DNA of 64,000 bases from Spirochaetia bacterium (GTDB taxonomy: Bacteria > Spirochaetota > Spirochaetia > CAKZLE01). A program made the translations under genes and the position numbers. The stretch spans positions 32,001 to 96,000 of the forward strand of contig OY782041.1 of NCBI GenBank assembly GCA_963677595.1, written 5' to 3'. Of the stretch, positions 20,234-29,985 are shown in pieces. Each line of letters begins with the position of its first letter. Within the stretch, counting starts at the first letter, position 1. Under the pieces are notes generated by a model. That model saw only the letters and a program-made list of their open reading frames with translations, made no database searches and had not been told where the DNA came from.

Positions 20234-21202
20234 CTACCCTTTCAGCCGGTTCCTGCCGGCTCTCTTCGCCTCATACAGCTTCTCATCAGCCCGCTTGAAC
20301 AGGGTCCCGAAGGTATCGCCCTTCTGCACCTCTGCCAGACCGATGCTGCAGGTGAACCAGATGCGCAGCTCACCTGCTTCGAGGACCTTCTCTGCGGTGA
20401 TGATCCGTTCACAGACACGCCGTCCCTCCGCAAGCGATGTCTCAGGGAGCAGGATCGCGAACTCCTCACCCCCGACCCGTGCCGGGGTGTCCTCGAAACG
20501 CAGGGAGCCCTTGAGGAGCTGGGAGAACTTCTCGAGTACCCTGTCCCCGATATCGTGACCGTACCGGTCATTGACCCGCTTGAACCTGTCCAGGTCGAGG
20601 ATCGCTATACAGAAGCTGGTACCGTGCCGCTCGAACCGGTGCAGTTCATCCTCTATGAGGGAGATGAACCTCCTGCGGTTAGGCAGGCCGGTGAGGAAGT
20701 CAGTCTCCGACTGCTGCTTCAGCTGCGTGTTCAACTGTTCGATCTGCTGCTTCTGACGTTTCTCGACCGTGACATCCATCGCCAGCCCTGACCAGCAGAT
20801 GGACTGGTCAGCGAGTTTCTGGGGTGTCGCCGTGAATTGGAGCCACACAGATTCTGCAGGGGTCCTAAACTCGCCTGACCAGTTGAACGGGGTCATGGTC
20901 CCGGCTGAGCGGTAGAGGGATTCATTCAGGCGTACCTGTTCTTCGGGCGAGAGCAGCTGGAGGGCAAGGGAGGAGTTCTCCATGATCATCTCCGGCTTGA
21001 CGCCGAGCTGCTCTAAGAAGGTATAGTCCCCATCGAGGAACTCGAAGTCCCATTCCCCATCGGGACTCAAGACGAACCGGAAGATGATCCCGGGAAGGTC
21101 CCCGGCTACCGTGTCTAACTTCACTGACTGCTTATCACGCATGGGTTCTCTCTCTTCATGCACCCATCCCGCGATCAGGAGCTGATCCACAGGAGTGGGC
21201 AA
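20234..21202 (-). CDS. PAS-GGDEF diguanylate cyclase
   Basis: DFLTGLPNRR, DLDRFKRVNDRYGHDIGD, RVGGEEF; start uncertain. Confidence 0.9.
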   Translation of the reverse strand: MPTPVDQLLIAGWVHEEREPMRDKQSVKLDTVAGDLPGIIFRFVLSPDGEWDFEFLDGDYTFLEQLGVKPEMIMENSSLALQLLSPEEQVRLNESLYRSAGTMTPFNWSGEFRTPAESVWLQFTATPQKLADQSICWSGLAMDVTVEKRQKQQIEQLNTQLKQQSETDFLTGLPNRRRFISLIEDELHRFERHGTSFCIAILDLDRFKRVNDRYGHDIGDRVLEKFSQLLKGSLRFEDTPARVGGEEFAILLPETSLAEGRRVCERIITAEKVLEAGELRIWFTCSIGLAEVQKGDTFGTLFKRADEKLYEAKRAGRNRLKG

Positions 21203-21345
21203 ATACTTTTTGTTCTTTCATCCGCACGTCTCCCCGCAAAGAGAAATCATGCAAACTTTATAATCATTATAATCTATTGTAGTACAGGGGATGCTGATGT
21301 ATCAAGGGGACATCAGGAATAGCGGTACATCCAACCAACCTGCTC

Positions 21346-21531
21346 TCACCTCATAGCATCCAGGTTTCCTTCCCAATGCAGCTTTCCTCTCAAGGATCTG
21401 ATCGAGTCCTGGGACTTGAATCGAATGAATATCCTGAGTGCTTCCTCAACCGTGGCTTTCCTGGATCTATTACCTGATACAGCCATCGCCTCTTTCAGGA
21501 GATCTTCATCTATGACAATATTCGTACTCAT
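21346..21531 (-). CDS. VapB-type antitoxin (no adjacent toxin)
   Basis: TNIVIDEDLLKEAM..KATVEEAL..LRGKLHWEGNLDAMR is the typical VapB/DUF2191 pattern. Confidence 0.8.
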   Translation of the reverse strand: MSTNIVIDEDLLKEAMAVSGNRSRKATVEEALRIFIRFKSQDSIRSLRGKLHWEGNLDAMR

Positions 21532-21637
21532 TGCCTCTCCTTCATTGTGCATTCGTTATTGGTAGTATACACATCAGAGTTCACGTTTTCTATACTCATG
21601 CCTGTCATGAACCCCCTGCATCCTGGTCAGGCAGATC

Positions 21638-22777
21638 TTATGTACCAAGCAGATACTCGCGGAAATTGCACACGGATATCTCTTTACTGTAGTTCATGGA
21701 CTCCCCCTGATACAGCAGGAATGCCTTGGTGTCTGGATCCATGTACTTATGGAGATGTTTTACCATTCTTGTCTTGAATGTCATGGAATGCTTGATCTCA
21801 AGGAACCTGCGGCTCTTCGGGGTCTCTATGATCAGGTCTATCTCATCACCATTATGTTCCCTGAAGTAATAGAACTCCTCCTCAGTTTTGCTATGGGCAG
21901 CTCCCTTAATACACTCTGTGACGATATAATTCTCGAACAGAGGCCCTGCAAGGGGTCCATCTTCCCAGGTGGAATCCATTGCCCCATTCAGGTATGAAGC
22001 CAGGCCGGTATCATAGAAGTATAGCTTGGGAGACTTGATTATCCGCTTATTCAGGTTGGTATGATACGGTCTCAGGAGGTAGATGATGTACGAAGCCTCA
22101 AGGACTGATACCCACCGTTTTATGGTCGGGACGCTGACACCAATGGCTTTGGCATAGCTCGACGCATTGAACTGCTGTGAAACATTGGCTGCAAGGAGTT
22201 TTATCAACCGGCTGAAATCATGAAGGTCCCCTATCTGAGCAAGAGACCGTATGTCCCGCTGCACATAGGTTTCCAGATAAGAACCATACCATGCCCGATT
22301 CCCAAGGAAATCCCGCATCACCTGTTCAGGATAGCAGCCGTTCTCAATAGGAGCATTGGGATCAGGCATCTCCCGTATATCGAAAGGAAACAGGGTGAGC
22401 AGTCCGATCCTCCCTGCAAGAGTCTCGGAACTATTCTGCTGCAGTGAGAATTGGCTTGACCCTGTAAGGATGAATTTACCGTAATGCTCCCTGTCCTCAT
22501 CAACTTTCCGTTTGAGCAGCGGGAAGATAGCAGGGTATTTCTGCACTTCATCAAAGATCACCTTATCATCGTGCACAGATAAGAATCGTTCAGGGTCATC
22601 ATGCAGTTGTTCGATGACCCTGAAATCATCGAAGGTCACATAGGTATAGTGCTCTCCAAGCATCTGCTTGATCATGGTTGATTTCCCTGACTGCCGTGGG
22701 CCGGTTATTGCCACAACGGGGAATATGTCCAAGTAGTGAGTCAGGATCGATTGTAAAGTTCTTGTCTGGTATCTCAT
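21638..22777 (-). CDS. AAA_14 ATPase with DUF4143 domain
   Basis: GPRQSGKST, FDEVQ, TGS, LAGR, KSPKLYFYDTGL, FEN, EIDLI..EIK. Confidence 0.9.
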   Translation of the reverse strand: MRYQTRTLQSILTHYLDIFPVVAITGPRQSGKSTMIKQMLGEHYTYVTFDDFRVIEQLHDDPERFLSVHDDKVIFDEVQKYPAIFPLLKRKVDEDREHYGKFILTGSSQFSLQQNSSETLAGRIGLLTLFPFDIREMPDPNAPIENGCYPEQVMRDFLGNRAWYGSYLETYVQRDIRSLAQIGDLHDFSRLIKLLAANVSQQFNASSYAKAIGVSVPTIKRWVSVLEASYIIYLLRPYHTNLNKRIIKSPKLYFYDTGLASYLNGAMDSTWEDGPLAGPLFENYIVTECIKGAAHSKTEEEFYYFREHNGDEIDLIIETPKSRRFLEIKHSMTFKTRMVKHLHKYMDPDTKAFLLYQGESMNYSKEISVCNFREYLLGT

Positions 22778-22905
22778 ATAGACAATTTTAACATCTAATA
22801 TTAAATCCGTCTACTTTTTACCGACTCATCAGTTCATCATACCCGCAGTTTAGCGATGCAGTCGTCCCGTCGGCATGATACAATAGGCACAGAGGAGCAA
22901 ACAGT

Positions 22906-23514
22906 ATGAACAGCGAATTACAGATCGTACCGGTCTCTCCTGAGACCCATGCCGAGGCAGTGAACCTGTTTAACGGGGGCTTCCTCCCGAAGTTCAGGGC
23001 GGTCCATCCCGACCCCGAACTTCAGGCATCCTTCGCAGAAGACTTCGGCCTGATCAGGAGTACCGACAACGACTCCGATTATATCGCGGTACAGGACGGC
23101 AGGGTGCTCGGTGTCCTGCTGCTGGAATATGCAGGGATGCCGAAGCACCTCCCCTCCCTGACGAACCGACAGCTCGGGGAGAAGTACGGACTTCCCGCCC
23201 TCCTCCGAGCCATGATCCTGGACCGGATCATCCACTACCACCCTGGTCCCGGGGAGCTCTATATCGACAGCATCGCCGTATCTGAGGAGGCTCGCGGCAG
23301 GGGGATCGGATCGAGACTGCTTGAGTTCACGATCGAGCAGGCCAGGGAACGACAGTATGGACGGGTATCCCTGCAGGTGATGTTCGAGAACCCGAGGGCA
23401 AAGGCCCTCTACGAACGACTCGGCTTCCGCGTCACCTCCTCGAAGGGCTCGAGGTGGCTCAAGCGGAAGACGGGGTTCAGCGGAGCATATTTCATGGAGA
23501 AGCAGCTCCCATGA
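22906..23514 (+). CDS. GNAT N-acetyltransferase
   Basis: LYIDSIAVSEEARGRGIGSRLL, NPRAKALYERLGF. Confidence 0.88.
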   Translation: MNSELQIVPVSPETHAEAVNLFNGGFLPKFRAVHPDPELQASFAEDFGLIRSTDNDSDYIAVQDGRVLGVLLLEYAGMPKHLPSLTNRQLGEKYGLPALLRAMILDRIIHYHPGPGELYIDSIAVSEEARGRGIGSRLLEFTIEQARERQYGRVSLQVMFENPRAKALYERLGFRVTSSKGSRWLKRKTGFSGAYFMEKQLP

Positions 23515-24422
23515 GGCAGAGGACCAGGACTATCATCGGCTGGGTCGGTGTCTCGATCACCGTCATCATCTCCTCGGTCTGGGCCTACTGGGGATCTATC
23601 GAGAATTTCCATGAGGGGTGGTATGCCCCCTCGATCTGGGACAACCTCTTCATGTTCGTCTTCCAGTACATGATCTTTTCCATCTGCTTCGTCCTCCTGG
23701 CCGTGGTAACACTCAGGTGGAAGAAGTTGGGCTTTCTCCTCCACCTGGCCCTGGGAGGTTTCTGCGCATGTTTCTTCTCCGGGGCCTCTTTCGAGGTCCT
23801 CTACCTGACGATCATCATCCCCTTCCTGGTCCTGGGACTCCTCTACCTGGTTGGAGACCCTAACCCCAGGAAAGCAGCATACCTCATGATCATCGGCATA
23901 CCGCTGGTCATCACCCTGGCATGCTCCATCCCACTCGGGATCCGGGACGCACAGCGGGTCAATGATCACGACTTCGGCATGAGGGTCGTGGAGGGGAACG
24001 GACTCACCCTTGCCTGGGCCCCGAGAGGCCCCGGCTGGCCTGATGCGGGTGTCTCCTGGGATGAGGCCCGAATGATCTGCGCTCACCTCTCCGAGGATGG
24101 GCTGACCATCGTCGAAGAGGAACTCGGTATCTGGAGGCTGCCGACGGTTGACGAGGCGGTCAGGTCGATGCAGCTCCATGGGGAGGCAGCAGGGGGTGAA
24201 TGGGATGCATCTAAGCAGAAAGCAGTCTATGAGAGGACGCCCGACAAGGAGACCCCGCTCTGGGATGTCAACTCACCGATCATCTACTACTGGACCGCGG
24301 AGACCTCAGCAGCAGACGATAGCCAGGCGTATATCATCACCTACGATGGCGGGATCTATGACAAGAAGAAGGCTTTCGGGACGGGTTCGCAGAGCTTCAG
24401 GGCAGTGAAAGCACTGCCCTGA
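23511..24422 (+). CDS. Membrane protein with C-terminal DUF1566-like domain
   Basis: Several hydrophobic segments followed by WDEA..C, WRLPTVDE, YYWT, FRAVK. Confidence 0.7.
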   Translation: MRQRTRTIIGWVGVSITVIISSVWAYWGSIENFHEGWYAPSIWDNLFMFVFQYMIFSICFVLLAVVTLRWKKLGFLLHLALGGFCACFFSGASFEVLYLTIIIPFLVLGLLYLVGDPNPRKAAYLMIIGIPLVITLACSIPLGIRDAQRVNDHDFGMRVVEGNGLTLAWAPRGPGWPDAGVSWDEARMICAHLSEDGLTIVEEELGIWRLPTVDEAVRSMQLHGEAAGGEWDASKQKAVYERTPDKETPLWDVNSPIIYYWTAETSAADDSQAYIITYDGGIYDKKKAFGTGSQSFRAVKALP

Positions 24423-24425
24423 GGA

Positions 24426-25469
24426 TCACAGCCGGTCCTCCCGCCGCTCACCCATCCCGGTGAAACCGTCGAACGAGACCGCATGGCCCTCATCATCACA
24501 GATGAAGCCGGAGTAGGTACCGAAGGGGCTGTAGTAGTCCGTCGATATAGGGCCGAGCTTCATCACGTTATGCAGCCCGTCTTTAGGTGTGAAGGTCAGG
24601 TCTACCCGGCCGCCCCTGTCCCTGATACGCCAGGGCCCCTCGAGCCCGTCCGGGCGCTGGAAGCTCACCGGAGGAAGGGGGATCATCCTCCCGTCCTTCC
24701 AGAGACAGTTCTCATTGTAGCGGGCAGGTTCGAGCACCTGGTTCCGGGTGAGGTTGAACCCGGTCAGGACCCCGTCGGTATTCGCGCAGGCAGTTGCCCA
24801 GTCATAGTGCATACTGAAGGGGTAGTACCCCTTATGGTCATCGAGGACCACCGCACCCTGCTCTTTCGTGAAACGTGTTACCTTCTCGCCGAAGCGGATC
24901 TCACCGGCTGCCGGCATCAGGGCCTTATGGGAGTAGAGCGGTCGGTTCTTCCCGAACGGCTGGAGGATCACGATGGGTTCCGTCACATGGTATGCAGTGA
25001 ACTCACCCCTGCAGGCCGGCTGGCCGCCATGGGCCTTCGCCTCGAACAAGACAGAAAACTCCCCTTTTTTGAGCCTGTTGGAGATCTGGATGCTCAGCCT
25101 GCTGCCTGTATGGCTGCATACCGAGTCACTGATCCCGTTCGGTACGGTGAACCTCCCCGAACTCCCCTTGCTCACGTACTCGTAGAGCTTTCCGGACTCC
25201 TTGTCGAAGAGCAGCAGGAGTGCGATACCTACCAGCTTCAGGTTCGATACCGCAGCCATCCCGAACCAGTGCTCATCGGCGAACTGGAACGCTTCCCACT
25301 CCTTGAGTCGCAGGGCAGTCACCCATGACGGGTATCGCTTCCCCAGCGGTCGTTTCGCTTCCAGCAGGTTCAGGCTCTCGTATGGGGCATTGTACGTCCC
25401 CATCTGGCATATTCCATCGATGACCGGGGTCTTCGGGGGCAGGGTCACCGTTCGTTCGTTCGGGCTCAT
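24426..25469 (-). CDS. DUF2804 family protein
   Basis: RLKEWE, YSHK, LDDHKGYYP, WATA, GFNL, NENCLW, GMGE. Confidence 0.78.
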   Translation of the reverse strand: MSPNERTVTLPPKTPVIDGICQMGTYNAPYESLNLLEAKRPLGKRYPSWVTALRLKEWEAFQFADEHWFGMAAVSNLKLVGIALLLLFDKESGKLYEYVSKGSSGRFTVPNGISDSVCSHTGSRLSIQISNRLKKGEFSVLFEAKAHGGQPACRGEFTAYHVTEPIVILQPFGKNRPLYSHKALMPAAGEIRFGEKVTRFTKEQGAVVLDDHKGYYPFSMHYDWATACANTDGVLTGFNLTRNQVLEPARYNENCLWKDGRMIPLPPVSFQRPDGLEGPWRIRDRGGRVDLTFTPKDGLHNVMKLGPISTDYYSPFGTYSGFICDDEGHAVSFDGFTGMGERREDRL

Positions 25470-25569
25470 CTCTCGTACCTTCCTCGTAGTTACTATCTAT
25501 TTTGATTATAACACAACATCTGTGCGTAATGTGCAAATTAATCATATTTCTTTTTGAGACGTTACGGAA

Positions 25570-25640
25570 GGAAAAAGAAAGGGGGACCGCCGGAAGGGAG
25601 GTATATCGTAGGTACGTTCATAAGGGAGGGCGGTCCCCAA
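25570..25640 (-). terminator. Large-loop hairpin with U-rich tail after the M81 gene
   Basis: ggggaccgcc (25582-25591) pairs with ggcggtcccc (25629-25638); the minus strand continues ctttcttttt. Confidence 0.6.
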
Positions 25641-25657
25641 AGAGAAAAGAGGTGGGA

Positions 25658-27127
25658 TTAGAGAGAGAAAGCTGTCAATGGTCCATCTATCACAGTATCA
25701 AGGGGAAAGATAGGCCTGGTGACTTCAGCATAGCCTAAGGAGGGAAGGCATTCGTTGCTGCTGCCATCAGTCAGTGCCATGATAGCGGCTGATGCGGCTT
25801 CCTTATGGCTTGCGGTAAGATAACCGAGTTTTACCACGATCACCTTCCGCTTCATATAGTCTATATCGAGTGCGTCGAACATCTCGGTCTCGGTGAAACC
25901 GATATGCTTGTCTGTGAGGATCAGGTCGATCCCCTGGGTCTGGAGGAGTACGAGGGTAGCATCGAAACTGCCGTAATGCTCAGTGATCTCCTTAACCGTA
26001 GCAGTGAGGGTGAGCGGCCTGCTCGTCTTCGTATCGAAGAGGGCCCCCACCTGCAGGACGAGGACCTCGCCCTCATGGTTTCGGCAGGCCGCCACGGCCC
26101 TCGGGTCATAGATCCCCGCATAGAGCAGCGGGGGATCGAGGCTCGTCGCCCCCTCATGCTCGAGCACGAGCTTGAGGAAGCCGGTGCAGTCAGCGGAGGA
26201 ACCCGCAGTGGGGTTGTCCCCCGAATCTGAGAGGTAGACCGGCCCCTTCTTATGCTCGAGGGCCTTCTCCAGTGCAGCCACGGGATTCAGGGTCGTCGTA
26301 TGGAAGACGAAATCATGCCGCTTATCCCAGAAACCGGTACCCAGTTCAAGGGCGGTCCGTTCAGCGAGCTCCCGGTCTTCCTCCGTGACCACCAGGGCAC
26401 AGACACTGTTCTCAGCAGCATCCGCCCAGGGGAAGCCGAGGAGGTAGGACGCTGCAAGGATGCCGTCCCGCCGCTCTGTCTCCCGGAGGTTCTCGATCAT
26501 GCTCCTCATCGGCTCGACGCTCGTCTCGCTCTTCTCGCCGGCGATGAGCATCGGGACCCGGCACCAGCCGGTATGGAGCTTCACCCCCGGCTCCAGGGCC
26601 CTCAGGGTGAGTCGTGCCGCATGCGCTCCTGTCTCATAGCAGTCGGTATGGGGGGCCTGCTTATACCCGACGAACCCGTCGCAGTGGGAGAGCATCCGTT
26701 CGGTTACCGTCGCATGCATGTCGAGGGAGCTTAAGATGGGGATCGACGGGAAGAGTTCCCGGATCGCCTCGAGCAGGTCGCCCTCAGCCTCTCCTAGGCC
26801 CTGTATCCGCATGGAACCATGGAGGGAGAGCGTGATCGCATCGGCATCAGGATAGTCACGCATCATCGAGAGGAGTTCTGTCTTCAGCGACAGGTAGAGC
26901 TCACGGTCTATCACCCCGTTCGGCACTGCCCGTGCCATGAGCAGGGGCACGACCTCATACTCGCCCGCGCCCATGAGGGTCTCGATGACCCCGCTGATGC
27001 TGTCTCGCTTGTTCATCACGGAGAGGATCTCCTCCCCGCGGTAGATGGTGAAATCCTCGATCCCGGTGATGATCGGGTTGAAGGTGTTCGATTCATGGTG
27101 CAGTCCCGCTACCAGTATCTGTCTCAT
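25658..27127 (-). CDS. M81/MlrC family metallo-amidohydrolase
   Basis: HESNTF, LSLHGSM, LDMHA, PHTD, DSGDNPTAG. Confidence 0.9.
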   Translation of the reverse strand: MRQILVAGLHHESNTFNPIITGIEDFTIYRGEEILSVMNKRDSISGVIETLMGAGEYEVVPLLMARAVPNGVIDRELYLSLKTELLSMMRDYPDADAITLSLHGSMRIQGLGEAEGDLLEAIRELFPSIPILSSLDMHATVTERMLSHCDGFVGYKQAPHTDCYETGAHAARLTLRALEPGVKLHTGWCRVPMLIAGEKSETSVEPMRSMIENLRETERRDGILAASYLLGFPWADAAENSVCALVVTEEDRELAERTALELGTGFWDKRHDFVFHTTTLNPVAALEKALEHKKGPVYLSDSGDNPTAGSSADCTGFLKLVLEHEGATSLDPPLLYAGIYDPRAVAACRNHEGEVLVLQVGALFDTKTSRPLTLTATVKEITEHYGSFDATLVLLQTQGIDLILTDKHIGFTETEMFDALDIDYMKRKVIVVKLGYLTASHKEAASAAIMALTDGSSNECLPSLGYAEVTRPIFPLDTVIDGPLTAFSL

Positions 27128-27138
27128 TGCTTTGTACC

Positions 27139-27873
27139 TCATTTCAGCAGGCTGCGTATCGCCGTGCTGTCGATGACCTGCATCTCGAATTCGGGGAGGC
27201 TGATCTTGCCGCCCATATACATATGGTCCTGTCGATAGGTCATACCGCTTTCCACGAGCCGGTTGATCAGCACGTGGAACTCCTCAGCCCCGCTCTCTGC
27301 TGCGACCCGCTCCATATTCCGTGGAGTGATCCCCGCACCGGGCATGATGATGATCCGCCCGGCTGCCTGGTCAACAAGCTGCCGTACGAGGGGGAGGCCC
27401 TCTACCACGGATGCCTCCTGTCCGGAGGTGAGGACCCGCTCGCACCCGAGGGAGATGATATCCTCGAGCGCCTTCACCGGGTCGGGCGTCACGTCGAATG
27501 CCCGGTGGAAGGTCACCCGCATCGGTCGGGCAAGCTCGATGAGCTCCCTGTTCCGGTCGATATCGACGGTCCCGTCGGGGTTGAGTACGCCGAGGACGAT
27601 CCCGTCCGCGCCGGCAGCCTTCATCGCCTCTATATCATGCTTCATGGAAGCGAACTCATCGGGGGAGTAGAGGAAGTCCCCTCCCCTCGGCCGGATCATC
27701 ACGTGCAGGCCGATCGAGATCCGGGCCTTCGTCTGTATGACGATCCCCACGGGCGGAGTCGTCCCACCCTCAAAGAGGTTGGCACAGAGTTCGACACGCT
27801 GTGCCCCGCCCTGCTCTGCCGCGATCGCCGAGGCGGTCGAGTCGATGCAGGTCTCTAACAGTATATTCTTCAT
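27139..27873 (-). CDS. cutC: CutC family TIM-barrel protein
   Basis: LETCID, RVELC..EGGTTP, MIRPRGGDFLY, TFHRAFD, LTSG, MPGAG. Confidence 0.93.
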   Translation of the reverse strand: MKNILLETCIDSTASAIAAEQGGAQRVELCANLFEGGTTPPVGIVIQTKARISIGLHVMIRPRGGDFLYSPDEFASMKHDIEAMKAAGADGIVLGVLNPDGTVDIDRNRELIELARPMRVTFHRAFDVTPDPVKALEDIISLGCERVLTSGQEASVVEGLPLVRQLVDQAAGRIIIMPGAGITPRNMERVAAESGAEEFHVLINRLVESGMTYRQDHMYMGGKISLPEFEMQVIDSTAIRSLLK

Positions 27874-29910
27874 TCAAGCTTCTCCAAATCGTATTTCTAT
27901 CATGCTGTGACCCCGCACTTCGGGAACGGTGAACTCCACCTTGTCTTCCGTGCTGAGGAAGGGCAGTTCCCGCCCTTCCGGGACCATCACAACGCCAGTC
28001 ACTGTCCGCTCCCCTGTCTGCAGGGAGATGCCCAACTGGTGGAGGGGGATCACATCCTCGATGATCTCTATCTGCTCCGCCCGCCGTTCGGGGATGTAGT
28101 GAATCAGGTGGGCCACCCAGCGGTTCTTAGCTTCCTGGCTGTTCAGGGTGACCTTCAACGTCGATGGGCCGTTATGGTGTACACGCCGGTCGATGAGCAT
28201 ATCGACAGCATTGAGCAGCATAGTCTTCACCCATCTCGGTCCTTTCTTCCGGTAGGTGGTACAGATCGGGTGGGAGAAGTAGATCACGTTCCCTCGCCTG
28301 GTAACCGCCGGTGCACCGACTTCCCCCGATGAGGGGGTGTGCTGGTGGGAACTGTAGTGTTCCGGAGTCCGGTAGAACCACGGCTTGATGACAGAACCCA
28401 GCAGTTCCGTATCGGCTGCTGAGGCCTCGACGGTCAGCCCCCTGATGTACATGGCAAGCTCCGTATCAGGGAGACCGGCATGGATCGGGGACTCATGCCT
28501 GATGAAGTCGCAGTAGTCGTTGGTGAAATAGTCCTTACCCGCAGACCGTTCACCCTGCCAGTCAGTATCATCAACAGCACACTTCCTGATCCCGAACTCT
28601 TCCAGGGCGAAGTCCTTCCCGTCCGGCTTGAGCCCTGACTCGAAAGACGCGATCAGGGAACCGCCTGCAATCAGGTACTCCCGTATCTTCCCCGCAAGGC
28701 TCTCGTCAACCGGTACAGAATCGGGCATGATGAGCAGCTTGTAGCGCGAGAAGTCACTGAGGCTGTCGATGATGTCGAACTGCGCGGCTGACTCCTCGAG
28801 CATCCGCATGATGCCGATCATGGGAGCCGGGCTCTCATGGTCCGCCCACTCCTCGAGGTTGAAGACACCGATATCGACGACGGGGGTCACGTCCCTACAC
28901 CAGGGTTCCTTCTCCCGTACCGAACGGTAGACGTTGCCGATGAGCTCATAGGTAGCCTGGTCGATCTTCCCTGACGGGAGGAGCTGATCCCCGATCGAGC
29001 AGCCGCCGCCGGCTGCGAGCATGGAGAAGCACTCGAACTCGAGTGCCGCCTGGTTCTTGAGGGAGTGGAAGTCCCCCCAGTAGGTATGGAACTTCCCCGT
29101 CATGCCGAGGAACTCCTTGCCGAGGGTCCGCGTGAAGCGCGATACGAGGGGGAAATGGGTGTATCCCCATCCCCCTGACGGGAGAGATTCCACCTCTAGG
29201 TGGGTATAGGCATCGAGGGAGTCCCTGATCCCGGGCCCGACATGCGACCCGTTGAAGAAGATGGTGCAGTCCGGGTTGAAAGACCTGATGAACTGCGCGA
29301 TCTCCTTCTTGAACTCCCTGATCATGATGTGGGCATACTTCATGCGGTCTACTTTTTTCAGCGGGTCCAGTCCGAGTTCATACATCCCCTCCTTACAGTA
29401 CCGACAGCTGCAGTCGCGCTCCTGCACGATATCCATGAAGATACCATCGGTAGGCAGGGTGGTCAGGATCTCTTCTAGGTGGGCTTTGAGGAACTCCCGG
29501 TAGGGGGTGTTCACGCAGAGGTAGGTATAGAAACCCGGTTTCTGCGGTGCGTAGTTGTCAAGCGACCCGTCAGGGGCGATCACGCAGTACTCGGGATGCT
29601 CATAGGACATCTTCCCGTCCCACTGGATCGTGGTGTAGATCGGTACCCTGATCCCCTTCGCATGGCATGCCTCGATCTGCTTCTTCAGCAGGTCCGCATC
29701 GACAAGCTTCGGGTGGATGAGTTCCGGGAACTCACATGAGTCATAGTAGAGCCATCCATGATGGCAGCGGGCAAAGCAGGTGATGGAGTCGACCCCGGCA
29801 TCATCGAGGACCCCGGCGAACTCGTCAGGGGAGAACCCCTCACCTACGGAGGGGATCGCGTCCCCGGTGTGAAAATCGAGATGGATCTGTCTATATGGCA
29901 GTTGTTTCAT
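27874..29910 (-). CDS. Glycoside hydrolase, GH151-like (alpha-L-fucosidase type) with trimerization domain
   Basis: RQIHLDFHT, FARCHHG, DGIFMD, EVESLPSGGWGY, MTGKFHTYWGDF, SIGDQL. Confidence 0.75.
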   Translation of the reverse strand: MKQLPYRQIHLDFHTGDAIPSVGEGFSPDEFAGVLDDAGVDSITCFARCHHGWLYYDSCEFPELIHPKLVDADLLKKQIEACHAKGIRVPIYTTIQWDGKMSYEHPEYCVIAPDGSLDNYAPQKPGFYTYLCVNTPYREFLKAHLEEILTTLPTDGIFMDIVQERDCSCRYCKEGMYELGLDPLKKVDRMKYAHIMIREFKKEIAQFIRSFNPDCTIFFNGSHVGPGIRDSLDAYTHLEVESLPSGGWGYTHFPLVSRFTRTLGKEFLGMTGKFHTYWGDFHSLKNQAALEFECFSMLAAGGGCSIGDQLLPSGKIDQATYELIGNVYRSVREKEPWCRDVTPVVDIGVFNLEEWADHESPAPMIGIMRMLEESAAQFDIIDSLSDFSRYKLLIMPDSVPVDESLAGKIREYLIAGGSLIASFESGLKPDGKDFALEEFGIRKCAVDDTDWQGERSAGKDYFTNDYCDFIRHESPIHAGLPDTELAMYIRGLTVEASAADTELLGSVIKPWFYRTPEHYSSHQHTPSSGEVGAPAVTRRGNVIYFSHPICTTYRKKGPRWVKTMLLNAVDMLIDRRVHHNGPSTLKVTLNSQEAKNRWVAHLIHYIPERRAEQIEIIEDVIPLHQLGISLQTGERTVTGVVMVPEGRELPFLSTEDKVEFTVPEVRGHSMIEIRFGEA

Positions 29911-29926
29911 AGTGTACTCCGATGGA

Positions 29927-29965
29927 TGATACCGCCCTCTCTTCTTCAAAGTGAGGGCGGTATCA
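29927..29965 (-). other. Intercistronic stem-loop after the solute-binding protein gene
   Basis: tgataccgccctc ... gagggcggtatca, 13-bp stem, no U tract; likely a stabiliser or attenuator. Confidence 0.6.
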
Positions 29966-29985
29966 GGATGTCAGGGATCAGTTAT

